A stretch of DNA of 64,000 nucleotides from Paecilomyces variotii (GCA_004022145.1 RCNU01000002.1), one strand, 5' to 3'; counted from the first letter of the stretch, positions 12,115 to 22,430 are shown. Numbers and translations are program-made. The notes: a model not told the origin generated them from the letters alone.

Positions 12115-13222
12115 TTAGAAGTTGACGTCAGGATTCGGATTCTGAAGTGGACGGCCATCGACCACTTGGCCCCGGTAGGTGTTGGTATTCGGTCCAGCAG
12201 AGTCCACAGTGAGCGGGCGTTCATAAGAGACAGTGCTGCCCCTTCCGACTCCGGCCTCAGCCATCGCGAGGTTCTTCTCGCCCTGAGGTACGCGAGTGCG
12301 CGTGCGCACAGACGGCAGCAGGTCAATGACGAACGAGAGGACGTAGAATGTGAAGACCAAAGCGATCACTGTGTCAAATGTTAGTATCTATGACCCAAAA
12401 CCAAGCAAGACTTAGTTGAACGACATACCCCACTCCAAGACTGCGGAGGCATTTCTCCTGTCAGGATGTTGGTGACAGACACCAAACCCGATTGCGAGGG
12501 CCACCTCAATGACAATGAACGATAGCTTGATCCAAAAACTGGCGAAAAGTATGCGGTGCTGACCACGGTAGAAAATTCCCAGTCGGAGATACTCGAGACA
12601 GATGAAGATGGCGCTGATCAGATAAGCAACCCTGCCCGGAGCTGTCAGCAAAGAAACTGTCTTGAACAGAGGAACTGGAGAAGACGAACATGAACAAAAG
12701 AAGGCAGCCATCATGCACATGTGGATAATGGACAGTATCGTAGATAGACAGCAAGATCAGACCCAGCGCACCAGCGATGGAGAAGAAAATGGAGATACAC
12801 GCGCAGGCTTTGTCCCATTTGCCCTTGTTGGGCACCAATTTGCGTGCATGTCGGAGCCAGCGTTCAGAGAGAAATGCGAGATCGAGGAAGACCACGGTGA
12901 TAACACTGCCGGTAATGAAGAGAGGCTTGAGCCCTGTGGCTCCAATGTCGGATATATAACTAGACCCGGTGGTTAGACGGCGAATTCCATTGCAGTGTTT
13001 TTGCCTTTAATGATAGACGTACGCAATCGTCTGGGTCCTCTCCATGCTCACATAGTGAGGTGTCCCAATAGCAGCCCAGTGACCCAGCATTGCAAGGAGC
13101 ATTGCTAGGAAAAGAAGTCAGCCGTCATCCTTCATCCTGGTGGTTGGGGATGTGGTGAGCTCCATACCAATCCACATGCAAGCGGATATCACTGGGAATA
13201 TCCAAAACGATATGATCCACAT
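12115..13222 (-). CDS. sfk1: Sfk1 / Frag1-DRAM family multi-pass membrane protein; multi-exon
   Basis: Spliced product MWIISFWIFPVISACMWI...TIAYISDIGATGLKPLFITG...ERWLRH...LSIYDT..YPHVHD...SFWIKL...SAVLEW|VIALVFTFY. Confidence 0.85.
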
Positions 13223-13754
13223 CTTGACTCTTTCAATCGATTATTATCTTGTTCCTTTCTGACAGGATTTCCCGTCGGAGAAATGAGGTATCTATGACAG
13301 AACGCCAACGGAAACTGCCACTCGACGGGTTGTTGGAGGCACGCCACGTGAAGGGCGTTCCCGAGATGCAAGGAAAGCGACCTGGGCTTTTTATTCCGTC
13401 AGAATCAGACGCTGATGGCATATGTGGCAGAGAGATGCAGCTGTAAGCAGCAGCAGCAGCAGGAGGCTGAGCCTACTCACCTAAGCGCTGGCCAACTGAC
13501 GAAGATCCAGGGATGCGCACACCCCGCCAGTTGTCTGCTGCGCAGGAACCACCGCAAGAGGGAAAGAGAAAGGGGGTTCTTAGATGGATTGACAGCCTTT
13601 CGCAACTTTTCCTCGAACCACAGAGTAGCCAATGACGCGTTCTGCTGTTGATTCTGTGGGATCCTGAAAATGCTCAGCGGGCAGACGGAGATGGTTCTTT
13701 TGGTCTCCAGACAGGATGCCGCGTGGGATCGACCAAGGGGTTAGACTGTTTCTT

Positions 13755-13756
<2 letters not shown>

Positions 13757-13818
<62 letters not shown>
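13757..13818. repeat. Poly(T) homopolymer, 62 nt
   Basis: Uninterrupted T run upstream of the sfk1 gene. Confidence 0.95.
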
Positions 13819-13819
<1 letters not shown>

Positions 13820-15131
13820 AGACGGGATCCGACGGGATAAATTGGGCCAAATCACGGAGAGAAAAAAGGGAACAAAGACCCCAGCCCCTGGAGTTGTCTA
13901 GAATGGGGATATGGAACTGGGGAAAGCGTCGAGATGCGTTGAGGCATTGCCCAGCTTAAAGCATGAATTCCAACCCCCTCCAGATCTCCATGACTTCACC
14001 GTTTTCGTTGCTTGCCGATTCAGTGCCGATCCGGCAGACGTCATTGTCCGCCCGTCTTCTTGCCAAGCGGGAAAGAAAAGGTTCGTTATTATCATCATTA
14101 TTATTATGCTACAGCAGCATCGCACCAGATCATCTTCTTTATATTCTCATCCATATAGAATTCCCTCCAGCCGATACAATTGAGGTCTGATTTCTGCCAT
14201 CTTCTATCTACTCTGGAGTCTATCTACCCTGATTTTCATGGCTCGTGCTCTAGTTCTATAATCTTCTCCAGGATTAAACATCCCGTCAGCCACCGGCTTC
14301 ACGGGCGCAGATTGGCGCCGGGAGGGGCGTCTCTTGGCAAGGCAACGGATACTCTTCTTCCCGCTGTGCAGAATATCTATAATAAATCAAAGAGAACCAA
14401 ATATTAAGTTACGATCAGACTGCGTGACGACCACATGTTGGCTGTGCAGAGGATATGGTGGGCAGCAGATTAAGCGCCAAGAGAGGTCCTGATCCTGTCA
14501 CAAGGCTGTATCCAGATTCCAGCGGCTCAGCCACGCTGCTTGGGGGTTCATTGGAATCCTCCAGGCTGGACTTACGATTCAAGTCCGCCCGTCACTGCTA
14601 AATCCTGATCTATTTCCAGAATATCTGATTATTTCAGGTGCCTGCATGTCCATGTCATCTAGTTACTCGCCATCCGCAGCAAGCTGACGATATACATAGG
14701 GCTGTGGCAGATCATCTGAGTGACCATATTTCTTGCGCATGCGGGATTACAGCTTGCCAATAATCGTCATGCGATGAGAATAAATCATAGTTAATTAAAA
14801 TAAGTCAATAATCCTCAATTAACCCTGTGTCTAACCAGGCTTCCTTTTGCATCGACAATTAAGCAACCGAACCAGCCACGCTGCCGTCGATGACAACCGT
14901 CAAACGAGGCCCAAGTAGGTACAAGCAAATCATCAGCTGTGATGACTGATAATAGAGAACAAGAGAAAAGAAAAGAAAAGCAAAGAAAAAAAGTGAAATT
15001 TCCATCCCAATGCAGACCCTCTCTATCAGAACTCCGTTACGTTTCTTTTGCCGCATAAGCCACGATGGGTTTGGTCAACAGACACAAGAGAACAAGACCA
15101 GATGAACAACCCGTATAGGGGGAGGACTAAA

Positions 15132-16448
15132 TCATTTCCGACGACCGCGCCGTGCCCGGGCCCCTCGAGTAGCACTTGCTGTAGTAGTAGCGCGTGTCTG
15201 GGCCCCGGTTGCGACTGGTTTCTCCACTGCCACCTTCACACCATTTCTTCCATCATCCTCACTCTCATCGTCGTCTTCGCTGCTGGAGTCTTCGCTCGAA
15301 GACTCCGTAGGGGCACGCTGGGGGCTCGTAGATTCCGACGAGCTGCTATCGTCAGAAGGAGATCGACGCGCGGCTCGATAGGGAACATCAGGAAAGCCGG
15401 CGACGTCTCTGCGCACATGGTAACCATATCGGGGATCCATCGGACCATAGGGCGGGTAATCTGCAGGGTCAAGCGGATATGGTACAGCATTCGAGGACGC
15501 CCGTGATCGAGGCATCCACTGAGGATCATCCGGAAGGGGACGGGGGAAGGCCTGGTATCGAGATGAGGAAGTTGGGCGATGCTCTGAAACGGAAGCGTAG
15601 CGCTGAGGAAGATGGGAACGGGGCGACGAGCCCGGTTGCTGCGCTCTGGACGACTGGGAAGATGGCGTTCGGGGTCTCTGAGAAGAAGAGCTGGACGGGC
15701 GACCTCCAGGGGAGGAATAATAACTGGAGGGTACACCTCTGGTTCTTGTCCACCCTCCATAAGGCTCGTCACTCGGCTGAGGGCGTTCAGCTGCCAAAGA
15801 AGCAGGCATGCTCTTTCGTTTCTCCATCTTGTCGGATTTTCCCTTCGTTGTCGGCTTCCCGTTCTTGCTCTTGCTCTTATCCTTGTCCTTGTCTTTGCTC
15901 TTGTCCTTGCGCTTTTCGGTCAGGGATGGTTGGCTGCTGGCACCCTTCTTCCGCTGCGTTTCTTTGCTTCCGGTGCTGCGCATCCTCCTCCTTTCCAGTG
16001 CATCCAGCTCTTCCTGTGACAAGCGAACATTCTTTTTGCCCATCAGCTGAGCGCGTCGGATCCGTTCGAGTGCTTTGTCCACCAGCCGCTCTTCTTTGTC
16101 CATCATCGCCAGCTGGACGGCATATGCAACGGTGCTGTCGGCATCGCTATCCAGGTTATAATCGACCCCCTCAGAAGACTCCGTCTCATCCTCGTACTCA
16201 TAACTCCGTCGCCTCGGCTGCCGCCTGCTGCCATCCCGTCGCAGACCATGGTATTCATCCAGCAGCGCACCACGATCATAATCATCCTCCTCGCTCTCAA
16301 TCTCCTCCACACGCGCTTCGTCAGCGTCATCATCCCACTGCAACCCTCGCCTCCTGACTTGTCTCCCCAGTTGTGCCCCTGGTGGTCTTCCCCATCGGGG
16401 CATATCGTAAGGAGTTCGCGGCCGACCACCTAGACCGCCTCCTCGGAA
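15132..16448 (-). CDS. -1 frame extension of Yip3: charged and Ser/Arg/Pro-rich region, 438 aa from the shift site (first in-frame ATG at 16403)
   Basis: The long ORF is open from 16466 to 15132 in the -1 frame relative to YIP3. It overlaps the YIP3 end, and its ATG lies only 26 nt past the YIP3 stop. Confidence 0.8.
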   Translation of the reverse strand, partial: FRGGGLGGRPRTPYDMPRWGRPPGAQLGRQVRRRGLQWDDDADEARVEEIESEEDDYDRGALLDEYHGLRRDGSRRQPRRRSYEYEDETESSEGVDYNLDSDADSTVAYAVQLAMMDKEERLVDKALERIRRAQLMGKKNVRLSQEELDALERRRMRSTGSKETQRKKGASSQPSLTEKRKDKSKDKDKDKSKSKNGKPTTKGKSDKMEKRKSMPASLAAERPQPSDEPYGGWTRTRGVPSSYYSSPGGRPSSSSSQRPRTPSSQSSRAQQPGSSPRSHLPQRYASVSEHRPTSSSRYQAFPRPLPDDPQWMPRSRASSNAVPYPLDPADYPPYGPMDPRYGYHVRRDVAGFPDVPYRAARRSPSDDSSSSESTSPQRAPTESSSEDSSSEDDDESEDDGRNGVKVAVEKPVATGAQTRATTTASATRGARARRGRRK

Positions 16449-16451
16449 AAA
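16381..16451 (-). other. Programmed -1 ribosomal frameshift signal: slippery U UUU UCC, 6-nt spacer, H-type pseudoknot
   Basis: Heptamer 16451-16445 lies in the YIP3 frame (GCT TTT TCC). Stem 1 is GCGGUC (16438-16433) with GGCCGC (16423-16418). Stem 2 is GGUGGUC (16430-16424) with GACCACC (16387-16381). Confidence 0.85.
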
Positions 16452-16954
16452 GCATTCTCGATTGGTTTATCCATAAGTGAAGCGTGACCGAAGACAGTCA
16501 CACCAGTAGCGCCGATGAGCCACAGGACCGTCGTGAAGGGCGAACCCAGGATACCCATGGGCACGGCAACAACGAGCAGACCAGTGTAAAGCTGGGATGT
16601 CGTGAAGCGGGCGAAACCCAGGTCGAGATCACGCCCACCCAGCTTGCCAATACCGTAGAGACCACCAGTGACCAGGATGATGACGAAGAGCAACATCAGG
16701 TTGGTGAGCAGGCTGTAGATGCTGAGCATGAGAAAGACGGCGGCATAGTTGCTGGAGAAGTAGGACAGGTTGTAGTTGACGCGACTCTGCACCTCACCAA
16801 AGTTGGCCGGTTTGGAGAGACGCTTCAGGTCCAGAAACTCAGAGATAGGCTTCAGGTTGGCAAAACGACTGCTGATCGATTGAGCGCGGACGCTGTTGAA
16901 GCGATCAGTGAAGCGCGAAGTGATCGCGTCGAGAGGGATCTGGAGAGGAGCCAT
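16430..16954 (-). CDS. YIP3: Prenylated Rab acceptor 1 (PRA1) / Yip3 Rab-GDI displacement factor, 174 aa
   Basis: PRA1 motifs LKPISEFLD..RLSKPANF..VQSRVNYNLSYFSSNY, two long hydrophobic hairpins, and GHASLMDKPIE. Confidence 0.93.
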   Translation of the reverse strand: MAPLQIPLDAITSRFTDRFNSVRAQSISSRFANLKPISEFLDLKRLSKPANFGEVQSRVNYNLSYFSSNYAAVFLMLSIYSLLTNLMLLFVIILVTGGLYGIGKLGGRDLDLGFARFTTSQLYTGLLVVAVPMGILGSPFTTVLWLIGATGVTVFGHASLMDKPIENAFSEEAV

Positions 16955-18000
16955 TGTGCGGTGTAGGGAGGGCCAGACTATAAATGCTCGCGCTGATGAT
17001 GAAAGCGAGGGAGAGTATTGACGCTCGATAGAAGTGCCGGTGCGTATACGATCGTGACGAGGCGGACGGGGAATGGAAAGAGTGAGCTGGCCAGAAGCGA
17101 TGTTTTGCAGGGCCGAGCCAGGGGAGTGGAAAAAGCTGGCCAGCTAACTAAGTAGCGGCTCCTGACAAGCTGGGCCAACGAGCGGTCGGATAATCGTCCA
17201 GCTCCAGCGAGATCTCGAGTCGTGTCTCCAGAGATATCAGAGATATCAATACTCCAGTTGATCGGAACCACACACACAAAGAAAAAGAAAGTGCTGGGCT
17301 AGAGACGAGTCTCTGAGACCTTCTGGCGGGCTGCCGTGCTGTCCACGGCAGTCTCCAAAACCGCACTGGGCGCAGAGAAGAAAAGGTTCTAGCTAGGGAT
17401 GAGGGCGATGCTGATGCTTTTAAATCGAAGACCAGAGACAAGTAGTAGATCCACCAGTCCACTGCAGAGCAGATCCTGCATCCAACTTCTTTCTGCTGTC
17501 AGCAGTAGGATAAGTCAATTAACTAGAGCGTTTCTTTATCCGCAGAGCGAGCTTCACCAGGCCCGCTCCATGGCGACTCTTCCAGCCTCAGGTTCCTGCT
17601 GGCAATCCCCGCGTCGTATGGTATATGCCCTCCAGGTTCTACACTCGAGACATTACTGAGACTGCCCTTTATATATTACCCTTTTCCCCTTCCCTGCCAA
17701 CCCTGGGGGAGAATAATGGCAGGATGCTGATTTGAAGCTGCTTGTCTCTCTTCCCCGACCTGTAAGTTTTCCCTGCCGCCCGTTATTGGGCCACGTCGAC
17801 GCACTACGGCAGCTCGAACGCCTCCAGGCGGTCTGGCAGCTGCTGGACAGATCATATCGCAGTGCAGACCCTGTAGAAAGTCTCCATCGATCTCCCACTA
17901 CGCTCGCATCTAACTTCGCCCTACCCTTTCTAATTCACTGGTACCATCTTTGAAGCCGTCGTTGGGCATAGCGACTGTGTTCGCACATTGCCAGCCCAAC

Positions 18001-19343
18001 ATGAGGCACTCGATTCTCCGATTGCTCGTGATTGCGGCCTTTGTTGTCCTGGTGGCCGCATGGACAAAAGAAGGTCTGTATTTCATTTTATCTCATCGAT
18101 CCCTTTTTGGATTGTTGCATTTCAAATCATGATCAATTGTCCCGGCTGACAGTATCTGTGGTCCCTTTGTAGATCATGAAATCTTCCGTATCCGCGACGA
18201 GATTATAGCAACTGAAGGCGCAAATGTGACATTCTACGGTACGACTCCTATCTATCATGCGTACTATTCCGTCTACAGCCCATTGACCTGCAAAAACACA
18301 CAGATTTCTTGGGAGTCAAACCTACTGCAAAGCAGGATGACATTAGCAAGGCATACCGCAAGAAGTCTCGAATGCTGCATCCCGACAAGGTCAAGCGCGC
18401 CTTCATTGCAAACACTTCCAAGGATAGGGCCAAGGCCAAGGGGTCCTCCAAGGGGCCTTCGCAGCGTGAAATTGCCGCTGCGGTCAAAGAGGCTACTGAG
18501 CGTGCTTCCCGCCTGAACGTCGTTGCCAACATTCTCCGAGGCCCATCCCGCGATCGTTATGACCATTTTCTGAAGAATGGGTTCCCCAAGTGGAAGGGCA
18601 CCGGGTACTATTATTCGAGATTTCGGCCGGGGCTGGGCAGTGTGCTTGTTGGTCTGTTTATTGCTTTCGGAGGCGCCGCTCACTACGCTGCACTCATTCT
18701 CGGATGGAAGCGCCAGCGTGATTTCGTTGACAGGTATATTCGCCAGGCGCGGAGGGCCGCTTGGGGCGATGAATTGGGTATTCGCGGAATTCCAGGCATC
18801 GATTCACCGGGTGCCACAGCTCCTCCGCCTGCCTCTGAAGCAGCAGATGCTGGTGCCATGCCGATGAACCGCCGTCAGAAGCGCATGATGGACAAGGAGA
18901 ACCGCAAAGAGGGCAAGAAAGGCACTCGCGGAACTTCGCGCAGCTCTGGTACGGCCACCCCAACGACCGAAGGCCCCGTACCCACCGGAGAGAGAAAGCG
19001 CGTGGTGGCAGAGAATGGCAAGGTACTGATCGTCGACTCCATCGGAAACGTGTTCCTTGAAGAAGAGACGGAGGATGGCGGCCGTCAGGAATTCTTGCTG
19101 GACATTGATGAGATTCAGCGCCCGACCATTCGTGACACTTTGTTGTTCCGCTTCCCTGGCTGGTTTTACCGGAGAACAGTGGGCCAAATGCTCGGTGGCT
19201 CGAAAGAGGAAGATGCCGTGGCCGAGGAGCAGGACGAGACTGCTGAAAGGACGGAAGAACCCGTTAACGACGAGGCCAGTACAACTGGTACTTCTAACGG
19301 CAGGGTGAGGAGAAAGAGAGGTAGAAGGGACAACAGATCATGA
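18001..19343 (+). CDS. ER membrane J-domain co-chaperone (Erj5/DNAJC1-like); introns 18074-18172 and 18239-18303
   Basis: Signal peptide MRHSILRLLVIAAFVVLVAA, then WTKEDHEIFR...TFYDFLGV...AYRKKSRMLHPDK (HPD motif), RYDHFLKNGFPKWKGTGYYYSRFRPG and a TM segment. Confidence 0.9.
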
Positions 19344-20978
19344 AAACAATCATACCCTGGGAGAAGCGTAGGATCTGAAAAGATATATGTGACTCTTCTT
19401 TATATAGACTTGTACAATAGTTCTTTCCCCACCACAGATCTTTGCTCCTGTCGTTTGTCCTGGGAGCAACAACTAAAACATAACAAAAGCATTGCGGGAT
19501 TTATCCCATCACAATAACACTTGGACTTTTACAAGTCATAAAATCCATCCACATATACATCACATATCCACAGGACGCTCGACTTGACCATTCAGCAAGA
19601 GTTCAGCCCATACATATAACAACAAGTTCCCCCTCAATTCAACTATTGCAACAGCCCTGATACAACACCTAACAAATGAAATCAAATCCTCAGCCTATAA
19701 GTAGCCGCACCCCAAATTCAGAAATTCACTAAACACAGAAGAGACACATGTCCATACAAAAGAAAAAGAATAAACAATCTAATCAATTTCAACTCAACTT
19801 TCCTTTCCATTCCATGCGACTCTTTATATCCCGTCCCTCCAAAGATTAATCCCCTCAGATCTTCTAATGAAGCAATGCACACACGACGCTATATTCTCCC
19901 TCCGTTCATAAGCGCGGCCCCCATCTCAGATGTGCAGGGCACGGCCCGCACCCGTGCCGTCTGGAGTCGGAGAATCTAAGCATAAAATGGCTGAGCATGC
20001 CGTTTATAGGCGGTGAATTTATGCTGTGTTGGGAATTATGTCGCTAGTGTGTAGTTAAGGAAGAGGTGGTTGGGTTATGAGTTGTGTCTAGGTGAGATGG
20101 CCTGCTAACTAGGTAGTTGAATACATAACGGTGAGTAATCTATACTAATCGTACTGTTGATTATGGGATCTTGGACCTAAGAACAAAATACTATAGTTGT
20201 AATAATAATCAATCCATACTTGCGGATTCAAGTCCCATGATAATATAAGTAAGGATAAAAACAATTCCCACATAGTCGCCCGAAAACACGGGAGCATAAT
20301 CAATCAATCGATCCATTTCTCCGTCCAAACATGATACCCAACTGATCAGATTATCTGACTAACTGGTCATAAAATCCCCTCTTCCAAGTTCCTCCCAAAC
20401 CCCCTTCCCAGCCCGCACGGATCTTCTACTTAGATTCTCGCGTGTACGTCTGACGTGGTCTGATCTGCTTTGCAGGAGTGGAACCCCACGAATAATAGTT
20501 CCGGGCAATATTAACACGGCGTGGATTATCCGATACGACGAACTATTTGTTAGTGAGTAATAGTATGAGGAGTAAGATTCGTAGAGGAGGCTTTTTTTGC
20601 TTTCTCTCTTTTTATTAGTGGCTTTGGGGAGAGGTTGGTGCATTAGGTACTGTGTGATGTATTAGTTTAGTTTGAACTGGAGAGCGAGGCGGTGGAGAAG
20701 GGTGTGGTCTATGTACAGTAAGTATATAACTAGTATCTTTTGGACTCTCTTCACGGTCTCTGAATCAGCATTGATTCTATATGCTCAGATACGCTCTTGT
20801 TCTTCTTGGGCCGTTGAAGTGAGATTGTGAATTCTCCAGATGGCAGCAACTGGCACTGCGTTTGATTGATTTACTCGGAAATCGAACCTTACTGATCTGA
20901 TACCGAAGTCTTCATGATAGTGTTTGTCGTTGAACTGATATAATTTGCTATAAATATCGTGGCATGGCAAGATTCAAA

Positions 20979-20980
<2 letters not shown>

Positions 20981-21035
<55 letters not shown>
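20981..21035. repeat. Poly(A) homopolymer, 55 nt
   Basis: Uninterrupted A run in intergenic DNA. Confidence 0.95.
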
Positions 21036-21036
<1 letters not shown>

Positions 21037-21357
21037 AGGTATGTGTCATCCAATTGTCGTCACGGGTATCATGCCGTCGCGGCTCGTTATTCTTTCATTC
21101 ACCCATACATCCATTGCACAAGCTCCCTTCTCTTTTTCTCTGTTTCTCGATCCGAAGAACTGATACAAGCCAATAGTCGTTTCCCATATTCCAAAATACA
21201 ATGAGCGTCTGCAAATCTCGTATCGAGATAGCGACCCTAATTCCACATCGCCTTCGTTCAATCATGGCGCAACCTGCACGGTCAGAGCCAACCGTCGAGT
21301 CTGTTCATGTATCGCCCGAATGAACTTTCTATACAGTGGTATGACAGCAGATATAGT

Positions 21358-21843
21358 TTAGACGAACATCTTTGCGATGTTCATCAAGCTATTCACGCTG
21401 TCGCCCAGACCGGGAGAGTTTCCGCCATATGCACCGCGAGGAGGGCCGGCAAGACTGCTCGGGACCCGAATGCCAACGAGGCCAAGAAGCTTTGCCAGAA
21501 CGCCGCTCGTCAAGAGTGGGACAATGACAAGCAGAAACACCTTGATGGGGTTCCGGCGGGCGTAGTGATAGATGTCACGAAAGAGGCGCTTGATCGATTG
21601 GATCAATCGCTGAATGAAACCGGAGCGCGGTCGAGCACGTCTGGACGAAGACGACGAAAAGAATGACCCAGTCGATCTGTTGCGGTGGTTATAACTACCT
21701 AGACCGCCAATACTGAAAATTGAAGGCGCAGAATGGCGCGAATGGTGCGACGAGTAGATGCCGGAAGTGGAACGGCGGGATGGAGAGCGTCGACGCACGA
21801 CATAATGGGAGCCTGAGGAAGACCTGCCGTCGAACCAACCCAT
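21358..21843 (-). CDS. Hypothetical 161-aa Ser/Arg-rich protein with one C-terminal hydrophobic segment
   Basis: ATG in a strong context (CCACCATGG). Biased composition (SSSSSRRARPR) and a TM-like stretch PIKVFLLVIVPLLTSGVLAKLL. Confidence 0.75.
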   Translation of the reverse strand: MGWFDGRSSSGSHYVVRRRSPSRRSTSGIYSSHHSRHSAPSIFSIGGLGSYNHRNRSTGSFFSSSSSRRARPRSGFIQRLIQSIKRLFRDIYHYARRNPIKVFLLVIVPLLTSGVLAKLLGLVGIRVPSSLAGPPRGAYGGNSPGLGDSVNSLMNIAKMFV

Positions 21844-22396
21844 GGTGGATAGATATTCTTCTTTGTCTGTTGAGGTAGCAGCCAGGCCACAAGGAGCTCA
21901 AATCTCGGGGAATTGACGGCAGATATCTGTTGTCTCTGACAGTGCGACTCGATTGAATTGCCACCTGCGATCGTAATCCTGGACAATTGCCCCTCTCTTT
22001 TGATCTGGGGTGTCTGTTTAGTCACTGCAGTGAGAACTGTTCAGTGGGATGCGGAGAGGCGGTCAAAAAATGTCCAGATCTCCAGAATTCTAGGCCAGGC
22101 CAGGCCCTACGTGCGTACCCACAGGGCTTCCTGAAATGTACAGATACAGGACAACCTGAAAGACCAGATGTTGAACAAGAGGAGATTGCTAGAAGAAATC
22201 AACGGGAAGCGAATTGAGAATTAATGAAGGCCTGAGGGGAGGACGGGATGCCCATCCTTCTCACTTGAGCTTCGGCTCCTCAAGCTAATTACTCCGTACA
22301 AGGGCGTCCCGTCCCGTGTAGCGAACCGTGGGTGGCTGGGTGAAACATCTCTCTGCGCTGATTGGCCAATATACTCAGGGGACACTAGAACCCCAT

Positions 22397-22430
22397 TCAC
22401 GTGATAAGGAGAAGCGTTGACTCACGTGAT
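22397..22430. promoter_or_regulatory. Two palindromic TCACGTGA E-boxes, candidate bHLH sites in a divergent promoter
   Basis: TCACGTGAT at 22397 and 22422, 25 nt apart, with an ATTGGCCAAT (CCAAT on both strands) at 22361-22370. They lie between the 161-aa gene and the DnaJ gene. Confidence 0.4.

Noticed and set aside
13580-13959. Poly-Lys and poly-Phe ORFs (also at 20964-21176 and 23575-23982)
   Set aside because: Artefacts of translating homopolymer runs.
15479-16357. 292-aa plus-strand Cys-rich ORF
   Set aside because: Antisense shadow of the low-complexity Yip3 extension.
16404-16432. Stop-codon readthrough, or splicing at the TAG, as the way to join YIP3 to the downstream ORF
   Set aside because: The 26-nt gap is out of frame for readthrough, and I found no convincing donor or branch point nearby. 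The slippery site plus pseudoknot explains the arrangement better.
19895-19960. TPP riboswitch-like words on the minus strand (GGGTG...CTGAGA...TGAAC...AGGGAG)
   Set aside because: The P4/P5 pyrophosphate-binding core is missing and no thiamine gene is adjacent.
19840-20060. Assignment of the structured segment to RNase MRP, snR30/U17, an H/ACA snoRNA or telomerase RNA
   Set aside because: No intact P4 consensus, no m1/m2 motifs with a terminal ACA, and no TAACCCTAA template. Left unassigned.
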